Positions 18,053 to 28,417 of a stretch of DNA of 64,000 nucleotides are shown here, piece after piece. The position numbers and the translations under genes are program-made. Within the stretch, counting starts at the first letter, position 1. The number at the start of each line of letters is the position of its first letter. Origin of the DNA: a virus; the IMG/VR virus record IMGVR_UViG_3300046804_003518, positions 1 to 64,000 of that record; one strand, 5' to 3'. Under the pieces are notes generated by a model, which ran no database searches, was not told the DNA's origin, and saw nothing but the letters and a program-made list of their open reading frames with translations.

Positions 18053-18070
18053 ATCATAAAGAGAATTACT

Positions 18071-18493
18071 ATGTCCAACTACGCCAAAACAACAGCAGCA
18101 TTTATTAAAAAGAATGCAAGATATTCTGACTTGAGTATTGCTCTTGGCGTCAACCCATTCTCTGGTGATCTTAACAGAGTTACAGATATAGATGCTGTAA
18201 AAAGATCAGTAAAGAATTTAGTTTTAACTGACAAATTTGAAAGGATTCTTGATCCTAACATTGGCGGCAATGTTAAGGCAATACTGTTTGAGCCAATGAC
18301 TCCTCTAACAGAAACTATCCTACAAGATTACATTACAGAAGTGATTGAAAACTATGAGCCAAGAGCTATTCTTGAAGATGTTGTGATAGACGCTAATTAC
18401 GACAACAATTCTTATATTGTAACAATTACATTCAGAATTGATACGTCAGAAGACCCACAAGTATTAACTTTTGCATTAGAAAGAGTAAGATAA
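18071..18493 (+). CDS. 25: baseplate wedge subunit (gp25)
   Basis: YSDL...DAVKRSVKNLVLT...IENYEPRA motif. Confidence 0.92.
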   Translation: MSNYAKTTAAFIKKNARYSDLSIALGVNPFSGDLNRVTDIDAVKRSVKNLVLTDKFERILDPNIGGNVKAILFEPMTPLTETILQDYITEVIENYEPRAILEDVVIDANYDNNSYIVTITFRIDTSEDPQVLTFALERVR

Positions 18494-18494
18494 T

Positions 18495-20294
18495 ATGGCT
18501 AATGGATTCCTTACAACTTCAGAACTAGATTTTTCAAACTATAAATCTAGCCTAAAGACTTTCTTATCCCAACAAGATATCTTCAAAGACTATAACTTTG
18601 AAGGCTCTAACATGGCCGTATTGCTTGATGTTTTAGCGTATAACACTTATCTTAATGGTGTGTATCTTAACATGGTTGGCAGTGAAATGTTTTTAGATAC
18701 CGCTGCATTGAGAGAATCAATTGTATCGCACGCCAAAGAACTAAATTACACTCCTCGTTCTAGAACAGCTGCAGCAGCATATGTTAATATTACTATTACT
18801 CCAGATGACAATCCTGACTCAATTACAATTCCAAAGTACTATCAAATTAACGGTGAGACAAAAGATAATACAACATATTTCTTCACTACTGATGAGGCAA
18901 TTGTAATTAGACCAGATAACGGTGTCTATCAGGCAGCTAATGTTGCAGTATATGAAGGAAACATTGTTAAGGAAGTATTTGTTGCCAATGCAACAGCTCG
19001 TTATTTACTACAATCTGCAAATGTTGATATTCAATCCCTTAATGTTACTATAAAAGACTCTGCCACATCTACAACAGAAACAAAGTGGAATAGAGAAACA
19101 TTTCTGTTTGGTTTAGACAACGCTGACAACGTGTACTTTGTACAAGGTGCCGAAGATCACATGTATGAAGTTGTGTTTGGTAATGGCGATATTGGTAAAG
19201 CACTTGTTGATGGTAATGTTATTACTATTACCTATAGAGAGACAAACGGCATTGATGCTAATGGCGTAGACATATTCTCAGCTCCAAACAGCATCCAAGG
19301 TTACCAAGGAGTTGGTGTAACAACAGTTCAATCTTCTGCTCAAGGATCCGAGCATGAAACTAATGATGAGATTAAGTTCAATGCTCCTCGCTACTTCCCA
19401 ACTCAAAATAGAGCAGTAACAGTAGAAGATTATATTGCATTAACAAAACAAGCATTCCCATCTCTTGAAATTGTTACAGCTTATGGTGGTGAAGAAACAG
19501 AACCAAAACAATACGGTAAAGTAATTGTTGCCGCCAAGCCAATTGGTGGTACAAAACTACCAACTCCGCTCAAGACACAAATTTACAATTTCTTAAAAGA
19601 AAGATCTGCCATATCAATTGATCCAGTTGTAATTGATCCAGAGTATTTCTTTGCTGAAGTTGTAACAGAGGTTCTCTATAATATCAACTTAACAACAAGA
19701 TCAGAAAGAGATATTGGAGCTCTAGTTGAAGAAACAGTCATGCAATGGGGTGATAATAACCTTGCTAAGTTTGGTTCTGATCTAAGATATTCAAAACTTG
19801 TCAAGGCTATTGATGATAGTGAAGCAGCCATCATTAGTAACAATACAAAAGTAAGAATTGTTAAGCATGTTGAGGTGGATACAGGTATTCCATTTAGAAT
19901 TGCTTTTTCGTTTGAGAATGAACTAGAACAAGAAGTTTTATCGGCCAGAAAAATTTACGAAGATACTACATCTACTATTGAGTCCTCATTATTCACTTAC
20001 AATTTAAACAATATTGATTACCTTGCTAAAATTAAAGATGACAGTCAGGGTAACCTAATGATTGTATCCACAGTTAACGGTGTTGTTCAGTTGTTGAAGG
20101 ACAAGGTTGGTACAGTTGACTATGCCACAGGTACAATTTCTATTGGTGCTGTAGTGTATGAAGATGTCGGCCTCAATAACGAATTAGAAATTTATGGCAG
20201 GACAAAGAAGTTAGATATTGAAACAAATGCGAATAAAGTTCTTCAAATAGAGGCAGGACATCTTGTTGTTTCTGTCCGTGGTATTAGAGAATAA
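18495..20294 (+). CDS. 6: baseplate wedge subunit (gp6)
   Basis: ELDF...DYNFEGSNMAVLLDVLAYNT...QNRAVTVEDY motif. Confidence 0.93.
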   Translation: MANGFLTTSELDFSNYKSSLKTFLSQQDIFKDYNFEGSNMAVLLDVLAYNTYLNGVYLNMVGSEMFLDTAALRESIVSHAKELNYTPRSRTAAAAYVNITITPDDNPDSITIPKYYQINGETKDNTTYFFTTDEAIVIRPDNGVYQAANVAVYEGNIVKEVFVANATARYLLQSANVDIQSLNVTIKDSATSTTETKWNRETFLFGLDNADNVYFVQGAEDHMYEVVFGNGDIGKALVDGNVITITYRETNGIDANGVDIFSAPNSIQGYQGVGVTTVQSSAQGSEHETNDEIKFNAPRYFPTQNRAVTVEDYIALTKQAFPSLEIVTAYGGEETEPKQYGKVIVAAKPIGGTKLPTPLKTQIYNFLKERSAISIDPVVIDPEYFFAEVVTEVLYNINLTTRSERDIGALVEETVMQWGDNNLAKFGSDLRYSKLVKAIDDSEAAIISNNTKVRIVKHVEVDTGIPFRIAFSFENELEQEVLSARKIYEDTTSTIESSLFTYNLNNIDYLAKIKDDSQGNLMIVSTVNGVVQLLKDKVGTVDYATGTISIGAVVYEDVGLNNELEIYGRTKKLDIETNANKVLQIEAGHLVVSVRGIRE

Positions 20295-22291
20295 TGAAAG
20301 AACTAGAAAAGTATATATCGCCATTCATTGCTAATCAATTCCCTTCTATCTATAAAGAGGAAGGTCCTCTATTCATTGCATTTGTAAAAGCTTACTTTGA
20401 GTGGCTTGAATCACAAGACCAGGTAATTTACGATTCAAGAAGACTTCTTGAATACAGAGATGTTGATAAGACAGTGGATGTCTTTATTAATAACTTTAAA
20501 AAGAAATATATGTTTCCTATTCCAGATGATATTGCTGGCGATAAGAGACTGCTGCAGAAGCATATTAAAGAAGTTTATGGCTCAAAAGGCACAGAGCGTG
20601 GGTTAAAGCTTCTATTCCAATTATTGTTTGCTGATAATATTAGCGTCTATAAGCCAGGTGATGATGTTCTTAGACTATCAGATGGCGAATGGAATAGAGA
20701 CATTTATCTAGAGGTTTCTTACAAACCCTACAATAGTTTATTTGTGGGTGAGTTTATTAAGGGCCGCATTTCTGGTGCAAGAGCATATGTCGAGAGCTTT
20801 CAGACTAAATTTGTTAACAATAAAAACATTAACGTCTTTTACTTAACAGACGTTGTTGGTAACTTCAGAAATGATGAGGTTGTAATTATTGATGAGGCAA
20901 GGTTAGCGGAGGGACAAGTACCAGCTGTTACAGCAATCAATTCTCCAAAGATTATTGGTTCCATGACAGAAGTGGATGTTGCCAATAGAAGTTCACCATT
21001 TGGTTATTCGGTTGGCGATATTTTGGAAGTCCAGGGTAAAGGCTCTCGCGGTAAAGTTGTAGTAACAAAACTTAAAGAATTGGATGGCACAATTACATTC
21101 AATCTTGAAGATGGAGGATCCGGTTACACAATTAATAATACAGTTTTTCTAATTAAGGGTCCTGTAACTGGTGTTGTGGTTGAGAATGGTGGAGTTGGTT
21201 ACTCAAATTCTGATTATATCGTATTCTCTAATGGAACTGCTAATGCAGTAGCCAATTTAGTAACTGATGGATCAGGTACTATTCTCAACAACACTGCTGG
21301 TGGTGATACCTTATTCACCATTACTCATGGTGGCAATGGATTTTTAACTACAAATGTATTCACCGTCTCGGTTACAGTTTCAAACTCAACTGGTGGTCCT
21401 TCTGCAGGTGCTGGTGCCAACCTTGTTCCTACAATTGCAGGCGGTGGCGATTTGGCAGGACTAAGAATTGGTGCATTGTCCAACATTAAGTATTTGTTTT
21501 CTTCGGCAGCTAAAATCAATCTTGTAGGCAAGTCCCTTAACTACATTGGTACAGCAAACAGTGTTGATAATATGCTTGTTGGTCAGTTGTCGTATCCTAC
21601 AGGTACAGGGTATGGCTTATCGTCAAACGTTGCCGCAGGTTTTGATACTATATTAAAGGATGCTTTAAACTATCAAAATTATGAAGTTGGTACAATCTCA
21701 AAAATCTTTACAACAAATCCTGGTCAAGATTATACTACAAATGTGCAGATTACAGTCACCGACACTATCATTGGTTTAATGGGTTTATTGGATAAGGAAC
21801 ATCCGGCGGGCCGTGGCGACACTGGTAATGGTTACCTAGGCAATAATGCAGTGGTAACGGGAGTCAGTGGTTTTGGTTCAACGGCTCTTGGTGAAGTTAA
21901 GGTTATTGATTCTGGTCTTGGTTATGAACAAAGAGAGGAAGCAACCCTTGTATCTCTATCAAATACAAACCTTATTACATCTGGCACAGTGTTACTAATG
22001 AAGCAAGGTCAGGGCGAAGGATTCTTTAAATCTACTCGTGGCTTTTTAAACTCTGACAAGTATATTCACGATAGTTATTATTATCAAGATTATTCATATG
22101 AAGTAAGATCGTCAGTAGTATTTAATAAGTATAGCGATCTTCTAAGAAAACTTTGGCACCCAGCTGGTGTGGAGAAGTTTGGTCGCGTGCTTGTAAGTAG
22201 TGAAGTAACATCTGCCACACCAGATGTTCTACAGCAGGCATACATAGGGGATGGGTCAACGACGTCGTTTGAAATCCCGGGTGGGGCATGA
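20294..22291 (+). CDS. 7: baseplate wedge initiator (gp7-like)
   Basis: IKEVYGSKGTERGLKLLFQLLF; DSYYYQDYSYEVRS...LWHPAG motif; follows gp6. Confidence 0.75.
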   Translation: MKELEKYISPFIANQFPSIYKEEGPLFIAFVKAYFEWLESQDQVIYDSRRLLEYRDVDKTVDVFINNFKKKYMFPIPDDIAGDKRLLQKHIKEVYGSKGTERGLKLLFQLLFADNISVYKPGDDVLRLSDGEWNRDIYLEVSYKPYNSLFVGEFIKGRISGARAYVESFQTKFVNNKNINVFYLTDVVGNFRNDEVVIIDEARLAEGQVPAVTAINSPKIIGSMTEVDVANRSSPFGYSVGDILEVQGKGSRGKVVVTKLKELDGTITFNLEDGGSGYTINNTVFLIKGPVTGVVVENGGVGYSNSDYIVFSNGTANAVANLVTDGSGTILNNTAGGDTLFTITHGGNGFLTTNVFTVSVTVSNSTGGPSAGAGANLVPTIAGGGDLAGLRIGALSNIKYLFSSAAKINLVGKSLNYIGTANSVDNMLVGQLSYPTGTGYGLSSNVAAGFDTILKDALNYQNYEVGTISKIFTTNPGQDYTTNVQITVTDTIIGLMGLLDKEHPAGRGDTGNGYLGNNAVVTGVSGFGSTALGEVKVIDSGLGYEQREEATLVSLSNTNLITSGTVLLMKQGQGEGFFKSTRGFLNSDKYIHDSYYYQDYSYEVRSSVVFNKYSDLLRKLWHPAGVEKFGRVLVSSEVTSATPDVLQQAYIGDGSTTSFEIPGGA

Positions 22292-25200
22292 GTACAATAG
22301 TTGTCAAAGTAAATGGAGTACTACAGGTACTAGGTACGGATTATACCGTCTCTGGTAACAATATTGTATTTGCCAATCCACCAGATGCAAATGCAAAAGT
22401 GGAGATTAGAAAGGAAGCAGCCAGAAGTGTTTTAGAGACAAGCTTCAAAATTGATCAGATCAGATTGACAGAACTTGTTACTGCATATAGCACACAAACA
22501 ACTGTATCTTCCACATTCAATACATCTATTGGCACAGGCACCACAACAGCGTTTGTCACTGCGTTCTCAACATCTAAGACAACAGATAGTGCAGTTCTTA
22601 CATCCAAGAACACAACAACAGCTTATATTTCTGTATTTGATACAGTATTCAATACAAGTAAGTCAACAACAACTCAATTTGTTACTGCCTACCAAACTGT
22701 ATTCAATACTATTTCAACATTTGATACAACAATTCTTACTTCATACGCCACAACAAAAACAACATCTACTGTATTTGAAACAACAGGTGTTACAAGTAAG
22801 TCAACTACTACAACATATAACACTATCGTCACAACTGTATACGATAGCAATAGAACAACTTCAACTGTTTATAGTACGGCCTATACAACAACGTTTACAA
22901 CCCAAACAGCATATGCAACAACAAGAAACACTGTATATGATACTATTGTTGCCACACTGACAAGCAAAAGCACAGACACAACAGTTGCAACATCAACAAG
23001 CATTAATACTGTATTTGTAACAGCTTATGGTACTACCACTGTATTTAATACAACAAAAGATACTAACCTTTCAACAGCAAAGTCGACAGACACAACTATT
23101 GCTACTTCAAAGGCAACAAATACAACAACTACATTTGCTACAATTTACGATACAACTGGTTCAACATCTAAAAATACAACAACTGCATTCTTAACTGTAT
23201 TTGATACAGCCAAGACAACATCAACTTTATTTGCAACAACATTTGATACAACGTTTGTTACAAATAAACTAACATCAACTAGCAAATCAACAACTTCTGT
23301 ATTCAACACAACAACCACATTTATTACAACATTTGATACTGGTTACGATACTAGTAAGTCAACAACATCGTTGTTTAATACGACAACAACATTCAATACA
23401 TCATATGCAACTAACTTTGCAACGACAACAGCATTTGAAACAAATGTAGCAACCCAAACCGCTGTATCACAAAATACTGCCAGAAATACAACTACAATAT
23501 TCAACACAGCAACAAGCAAATCAACTACAACAATATTCAACACAGCAACTACGTTTAATACAACGTATGCAACTAACTTTGCAACAACAACCTCGTTTGA
23601 AACTAATTTCATTACAGCAACAAACCGTGGAACAAGTAGAGCCACTGATACAACTGGCTCAACAAGTAGAGCAACAGGTACTTCAAGAGTAACCACAACT
23701 GTATTTAATACAACAACTGTATACGATACTGCAACAGCATTCCAAACAAGTACAATATTCCAAACACAGACAACCGCAGCTGGCTCAACAACATTCTTGA
23801 CAGCAAATGAAGTTACATTTCAAACCTTTACTATAAAGGGTACTGGTGCAAGTTACATTACAACGTACCAAACAAGCTATGATACAATTATTGGCTATGG
23901 TAAGGGTGGTTTACCAATCTATGGCCAGACATATTTCAATACATCGAAATCTACACAGCCTTTAACTGCGTTTTATTTCCAGACCACAGCTGTGGGTGTA
24001 ACTGTGACAACCTATGCAACTTACACATACCTACCTCAAGGGTTTGGTTATGTGTTTTTTGATACAACAAAACTAACAGCCACGGCAAGTAGACTTACAT
24101 CAAGAGGTACGACATTCTATTTTCAAACAGATACAAGTAGAAGTACAGACACATCTAGAGCCACAAGTACATCTAGAGCCACAAGTACGTCTGCATCAAC
24201 AACCACTGCATATGATACTTCAACAACGTTTGGCACTACGTATCAGACAACAACCTCGTTTGTAACGACCTTTGACACATTAACAATATTTGGTACATCT
24301 AAGAGCACAACAACAGTATTTGATACAGCAAGAAGTACTGCTGCTGCCACAAGCACAAGCGGATCAACTACATCTGTATTTGATACAGCAACGTCAGCTG
24401 TAACATCAACGACCTTTATTACTACCTATCTAGCAGCTACAACAACAGTATTTGTAACATCTAAGAGCACAACAACAGTCTTTGATACAGCAAAGGCCAC
24501 GAGTGCAGTAACTGCCACAAGTGCGGCCACATCCACTGCATTCAACACTCTTGTTTCAACTTCTAACACAACAAGTAGAGCAACAGCAACGAGCGTTGCC
24601 ACAACAACTGTATTTGATACATCTACAGCATATGATACAAACATTGCAACTGTAAGAGACACATCCAAGTCAACAGCTACAACATACGAAACTAATTTTG
24701 GCACAAGTGCTGTCACAGCAACAGTGTTTAATACTGTATATAACACGGTAGGAGCTACCCAAAAAGCAACTGCTACGACAACAGTCTTTAATACAGCATA
24801 CGCCACAACAACAACATTTGATACAGTATACCAAACCGTATTTAATACAAACAAAACAACCGATACTTCTATCAACACCTCAAGATCTACATTGGGTACA
24901 ACAGGATCTGTATATCAAACATCTACAGCATATAATACCCAAACAGCATTTGAAACAAACAGAAACACGGTATTTGACACTGTTGTGGCAACAGACACAT
25001 CTCGCGACACAATTATCTTAACATCTAAGAGCACAACAACATCATTTGAAACGGCAATTAATACTGGCTATGACACAAGCAAGTCTACAACATCCGTATT
25101 CAACACAGTATTCAATACTGCCAAAAATACAACCAGCGTATTTGACACAACAATTGATACTTCATATGCTACAACAAAAGCCACTGCAACATCAAAATTT

Positions 25201-28200
25201 ACAACAAATTTAACTGGAAGAAGTACAACCAGCAGCTTTGACACAGCTTATGCAACTGCAATTGCAACATCCAAAACTACATCAACTGCATTTATTACCG
25301 GGTATGATACAACAACTTTGTTTGATACTTCTACTCCTACAACAAGAAACACCCTTACTCAATCTGTTTACTCAACCACTTCAAGCACATTGAAGGGCAC
25401 TGATACTGCCATCTTAACAGAATATAGAATTCTCGCAACTCAAACATTGTTTAGTACTAAGTATGAAACCACATATGAAACAATTGCTGGTGTACTAACA
25501 ACAATTTCTACGGATGTTGTAACCAACAGAACAACTAATACTGCATACGCATTTGAAAGTAGAAATACGTTAAGGGATACTGCTTTTCAAACAACAAATC
25601 CAACATTGATTGCCACAACAACATTATTCCAAACATCATACAATACAAATCAGATCACACGCTTTGTTACACTTAACACTGCCTTTGGCACAAGTAAAAA
25701 TACATCAACAGTATTTGATAAAGCCACTACAACTGTATTTGCAACAATAAGTGCATTTGATACTGTAAAGACCACAGACTTCTCTACATCACGTAATACG
25801 TTAATTACTTCTTCAACAGCATTTGAAACAAGTAAGACAACTCTTGTAGCAACTGGTACATCTAGAACTACTACCTCTTCGTATCAGACAAATATAAACA
25901 CAGTGTTCAATACAGGATACGACACATCCAAGTCAACAACATCGTTATTTGTTACAGCATTTTTAACTGTCTCAACTTTTGAAACTAATAAGACAACCTC
26001 AAGAACAACAACGCTAACTAAGGGCACAGAAATTCTCACTTTCTTTGCTACATCTCAATCAACTGTTAAGCCAACAAGCACAACGCGATCAACAGTTTAT
26101 GTTAGTGACTTTGTCACCGTCTCCCGTACTACAACATTTGTAACAGGCACAAATGAAGTAACGTCATTTGATACTAAGAGGGGTACAAACATTGATACAG
26201 TGTTTGATAGCTCAACATCTTTCTTAACGAGCTTTAACACTACTCTTAATAAGACCACAACAGCAATTACTAATAAGAGTACAACTACAGGATTTGACAC
26301 TTTTGTTAACACATCAAAGGTAACTAATGTTGCAACATCCACAGATACGTTAACTTCATTCAATACAATAACTGGCTTTTTGACATCATTTGATACAAAC
26401 AAGACGACACAGAGTTCAAAATCAACTGTATTCAATACTGCGTTTGACACAACGTTTGCCACAACAAAGTCAACATCCACAAGTAGAAGTACAACCACAT
26501 CTACAAGTAAAAGTACCTCGACGGCATACGATACAACAAAGAGTACCGTTAATAATACGAGCACAACTTACCAAACCACATTCCAAACAGATTCTGGTGC
26601 CGGCACTCTACATAACACATCAGCTTTAACAACTGGTCTAACCGGTACTCTTACTTCTTCAGTTACAGTTAAGTTAACAACAGTTGACACAACTAAATCA
26701 ACAGAAACACAGTATCTGATGTCAAGTAGCTATGGGACAGGTACTGTATTTGAAACTGTTGTCGGTACAGCATACGAAACATCAACAGTATTTAATACGA
26801 CAACTGCATTTAATACTGATACAGTATTTAACACCACAACAACCTTTCAAACAGATTCTGGTAAGGGTACATTGAAGTCGACCTCTAAGTCTACTGCAAC
26901 AAGTTACGCTACTGGCACAAGTAAAAATACATCCACATCAAAAATAACATTAACAGCAAGTGGTACGTATTATATTTCTCAAAGAAATACTACATCTGCC
27001 TATGACACAACAAAAAATACAGCTGGTGGATTAACAAGTCGAGCCACAAGCACGTCAGACACCACAACAACTGTTTACCTAAGTGCCTATCAATCAAACA
27101 TTAACACGACAACAACATACTTGTCGTCATACTCAACTGTCATTGATACAAGCAGACAAACGCAAGCTCTTACATCATTTGGAACATCAAGAACTACAGA
27201 AACAATATTCCAAACTGCCGCTTTAGGTGGCACTCTATTCAATACAACAAAGAATACAACTACCGCATTTGATACAGTTTATCTCATTACACAATCTGTT
27301 GCCTCAACTGCTACCACATTTCAAACTGATTCTGGAGCTGGTACACTAAAGAATACATCTCAGAACACAATTACTGCGTATACAAGATTTGAAGGTGGTA
27401 AGCAGACGTCAACTGTATTCTCTACAGCGTTTGCTACAAATCCGTTTGTAACAACTGCATATGGCACATCTAGAACTACAACAACTGTATACCCAACAGT
27501 GTTTACAGAATTTGGTACATCTAAAGACACCACAACTACTTTCCAGACCGACTCAGGCGCTGGTACAATGAAGGCAACGTCAAAGGACACAGTAACAGCA
27601 TTTAATACAATCTATGCAACTGCCCCAGTAACATCAAAGTCAACAACCACATCATTTGACACCATTTATAGTACTGGTATACCAACAACAAGACAAACAG
27701 CCACATTGTTGACAACTGCTACTGCATATGCAACTGAAACTGCAAAAATTACTGGCTCAGGTAAAATTACACAATTTGCAACTACAACTACAATCAACAC
27801 TGATACAGCAAGAGGAACTTCAACTACATTCCAAACGGATTCTGGTAAAGGCACACTTCACAGCACGTCAAGAAATACTCTAACTGGTACATTGACATCA
27901 TTTAACACTACAACTTTAACAATTAGCGACATGCTAACAAGCAAGTCCACTAGCACTACAACAGACCAAGGAACTCTTGTTAATACATCTACAAGCACTT
28001 CTTATGCTACACAAACTGAGTATGCAACCTCAGGTGGTGCAACAGTATTTGGTACCTCAGTAACAACTGAGACAGTCATTGACTTTACAGTTAGAAACAC
28101 GGAATATCAAACGCTAACTTCTGTTGATACATTAACGTATTATGAATCAGGGGATAGACTAACTGCAAAAACTACAGCAATTTTAACTAACACAAATACA

Positions 28201-28395
28201 TCTCAAATTGTTAGAGATACAACAAGAACAACGTCAATTGATACAACGTATATCACAACCTTCTTGACAGACTCAGGCGCAGGTACAATGGTGTCAACAT
28301 CAAAGTCAACATCTAGAACAACTGACAAGATAACAAACACCGATTACGATACAGCAATTCAAACAACATATGAAACTGTTTATATAAATAACTAG
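22288..28395 (+). CDS. 2035 aa Thr-rich self-complementary beta-hairpin fibre protein
   Basis: T-x-T periodicity; mirrored 4/6 spacing with i+j=1109 verified in two windows; six F(Q/L)TDSG(A/K)GT turn motifs in the C-terminal part. Confidence 0.8.
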   Translation: MSTIVVKVNGVLQVLGTDYTVSGNNIVFANPPDANAKVEIRKEAARSVLETSFKIDQIRLTELVTAYSTQTTVSSTFNTSIGTGTTTAFVTAFSTSKTTDSAVLTSKNTTTAYISVFDTVFNTSKSTTTQFVTAYQTVFNTISTFDTTILTSYATTKTTSTVFETTGVTSKSTTTTYNTIVTTVYDSNRTTSTVYSTAYTTTFTTQTAYATTRNTVYDTIVATLTSKSTDTTVATSTSINTVFVTAYGTTTVFNTTKDTNLSTAKSTDTTIATSKATNTTTTFATIYDTTGSTSKNTTTAFLTVFDTAKTTSTLFATTFDTTFVTNKLTSTSKSTTSVFNTTTTFITTFDTGYDTSKSTTSLFNTTTTFNTSYATNFATTTAFETNVATQTAVSQNTARNTTTIFNTATSKSTTTIFNTATTFNTTYATNFATTTSFETNFITATNRGTSRATDTTGSTSRATGTSRVTTTVFNTTTVYDTATAFQTSTIFQTQTTAAGSTTFLTANEVTFQTFTIKGTGASYITTYQTSYDTIIGYGKGGLPIYGQTYFNTSKSTQPLTAFYFQTTAVGVTVTTYATYTYLPQGFGYVFFDTTKLTATASRLTSRGTTFYFQTDTSRSTDTSRATSTSRATSTSASTTTAYDTSTTFGTTYQTTTSFVTTFDTLTIFGTSKSTTTVFDTARSTAAATSTSGSTTSVFDTATSAVTSTTFITTYLAATTTVFVTSKSTTTVFDTAKATSAVTATSAATSTAFNTLVSTSNTTSRATATSVATTTVFDTSTAYDTNIATVRDTSKSTATTYETNFGTSAVTATVFNTVYNTVGATQKATATTTVFNTAYATTTTFDTVYQTVFNTNKTTDTSINTSRSTLGTTGSVYQTSTAYNTQTAFETNRNTVFDTVVATDTSRDTIILTSKSTTTSFETAINTGYDTSKSTTSVFNTVFNTAKNTTSVFDTTIDTSYATTKATATSKFTTNLTGRSTTSSFDTAYATAIATSKTTSTAFITGYDTTTLFDTSTPTTRNTLTQSVYSTTSSTLKGTDTAILTEYRILATQTLFSTKYETTYETIAGVLTTISTDVVTNRTTNTAYAFESRNTLRDTAFQTTNPTLIATTTLFQTSYNTNQITRFVTLNTAFGTSKNTSTVFDKATTTVFATISAFDTVKTTDFSTSRNTLITSSTAFETSKTTLVATGTSRTTTSSYQTNINTVFNTGYDTSKSTTSLFVTAFLTVSTFETNKTTSRTTTLTKGTEILTFFATSQSTVKPTSTTRSTVYVSDFVTVSRTTTFVTGTNEVTSFDTKRGTNIDTVFDSSTSFLTSFNTTLNKTTTAITNKSTTTGFDTFVNTSKVTNVATSTDTLTSFNTITGFLTSFDTNKTTQSSKSTVFNTAFDTTFATTKSTSTSRSTTTSTSKSTSTAYDTTKSTVNNTSTTYQTTFQTDSGAGTLHNTSALTTGLTGTLTSSVTVKLTTVDTTKSTETQYLMSSSYGTGTVFETVVGTAYETSTVFNTTTAFNTDTVFNTTTTFQTDSGKGTLKSTSKSTATSYATGTSKNTSTSKITLTASGTYYISQRNTTSAYDTTKNTAGGLTSRATSTSDTTTTVYLSAYQSNINTTTTYLSSYSTVIDTSRQTQALTSFGTSRTTETIFQTAALGGTLFNTTKNTTTAFDTVYLITQSVASTATTFQTDSGAGTLKNTSQNTITAYTRFEGGKQTSTVFSTAFATNPFVTTAYGTSRTTTTVYPTVFTEFGTSKDTTTTFQTDSGAGTMKATSKDTVTAFNTIYATAPVTSKSTTTSFDTIYSTGIPTTRQTATLLTTATAYATETAKITGSGKITQFATTTTINTDTARGTSTTFQTDSGKGTLHSTSRNTLTGTLTSFNTTTLTISDMLTSKSTSTTTDQGTLVNTSTSTSYATQTEYATSGGATVFGTSVTTETVIDFTVRNTEYQTLTSVDTLTYYESGDRLTAKTTAILTNTNTSQIVRDTTRTTSIDTTYITTFLTDSGAGTMVSTSKSTSRTTDKITNTDYDTAIQTTYETVYINN
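28383..28390 (+). promoter_or_regulatory. T4-type late promoter embedded in the last codons (YINN) of the Thr-rich gene
   Basis: TATAAATA upstream of the gp8-like gene. Confidence 0.7.
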
Positions 28396-28417
28396 AGCAT
28401 AGGATTTAGGACACGTA

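Noticed and set aside
23343-27854. Val-rich minus-strand ORFs over the Thr-rich gene (also at 56773-59562)
   Set aside because: Antisense shadows of ACA/ACT-rich codons, with no independent start signals or promoters.
22288-28395. Ice-binding (TxT) or mucin-like disordered protein
   Set aside because: TxT is present, but the long-range mirror register and pairing code fit an antiparallel hairpin better than a short-period solenoid or disorder. Ice binding is not excluded but has no support.
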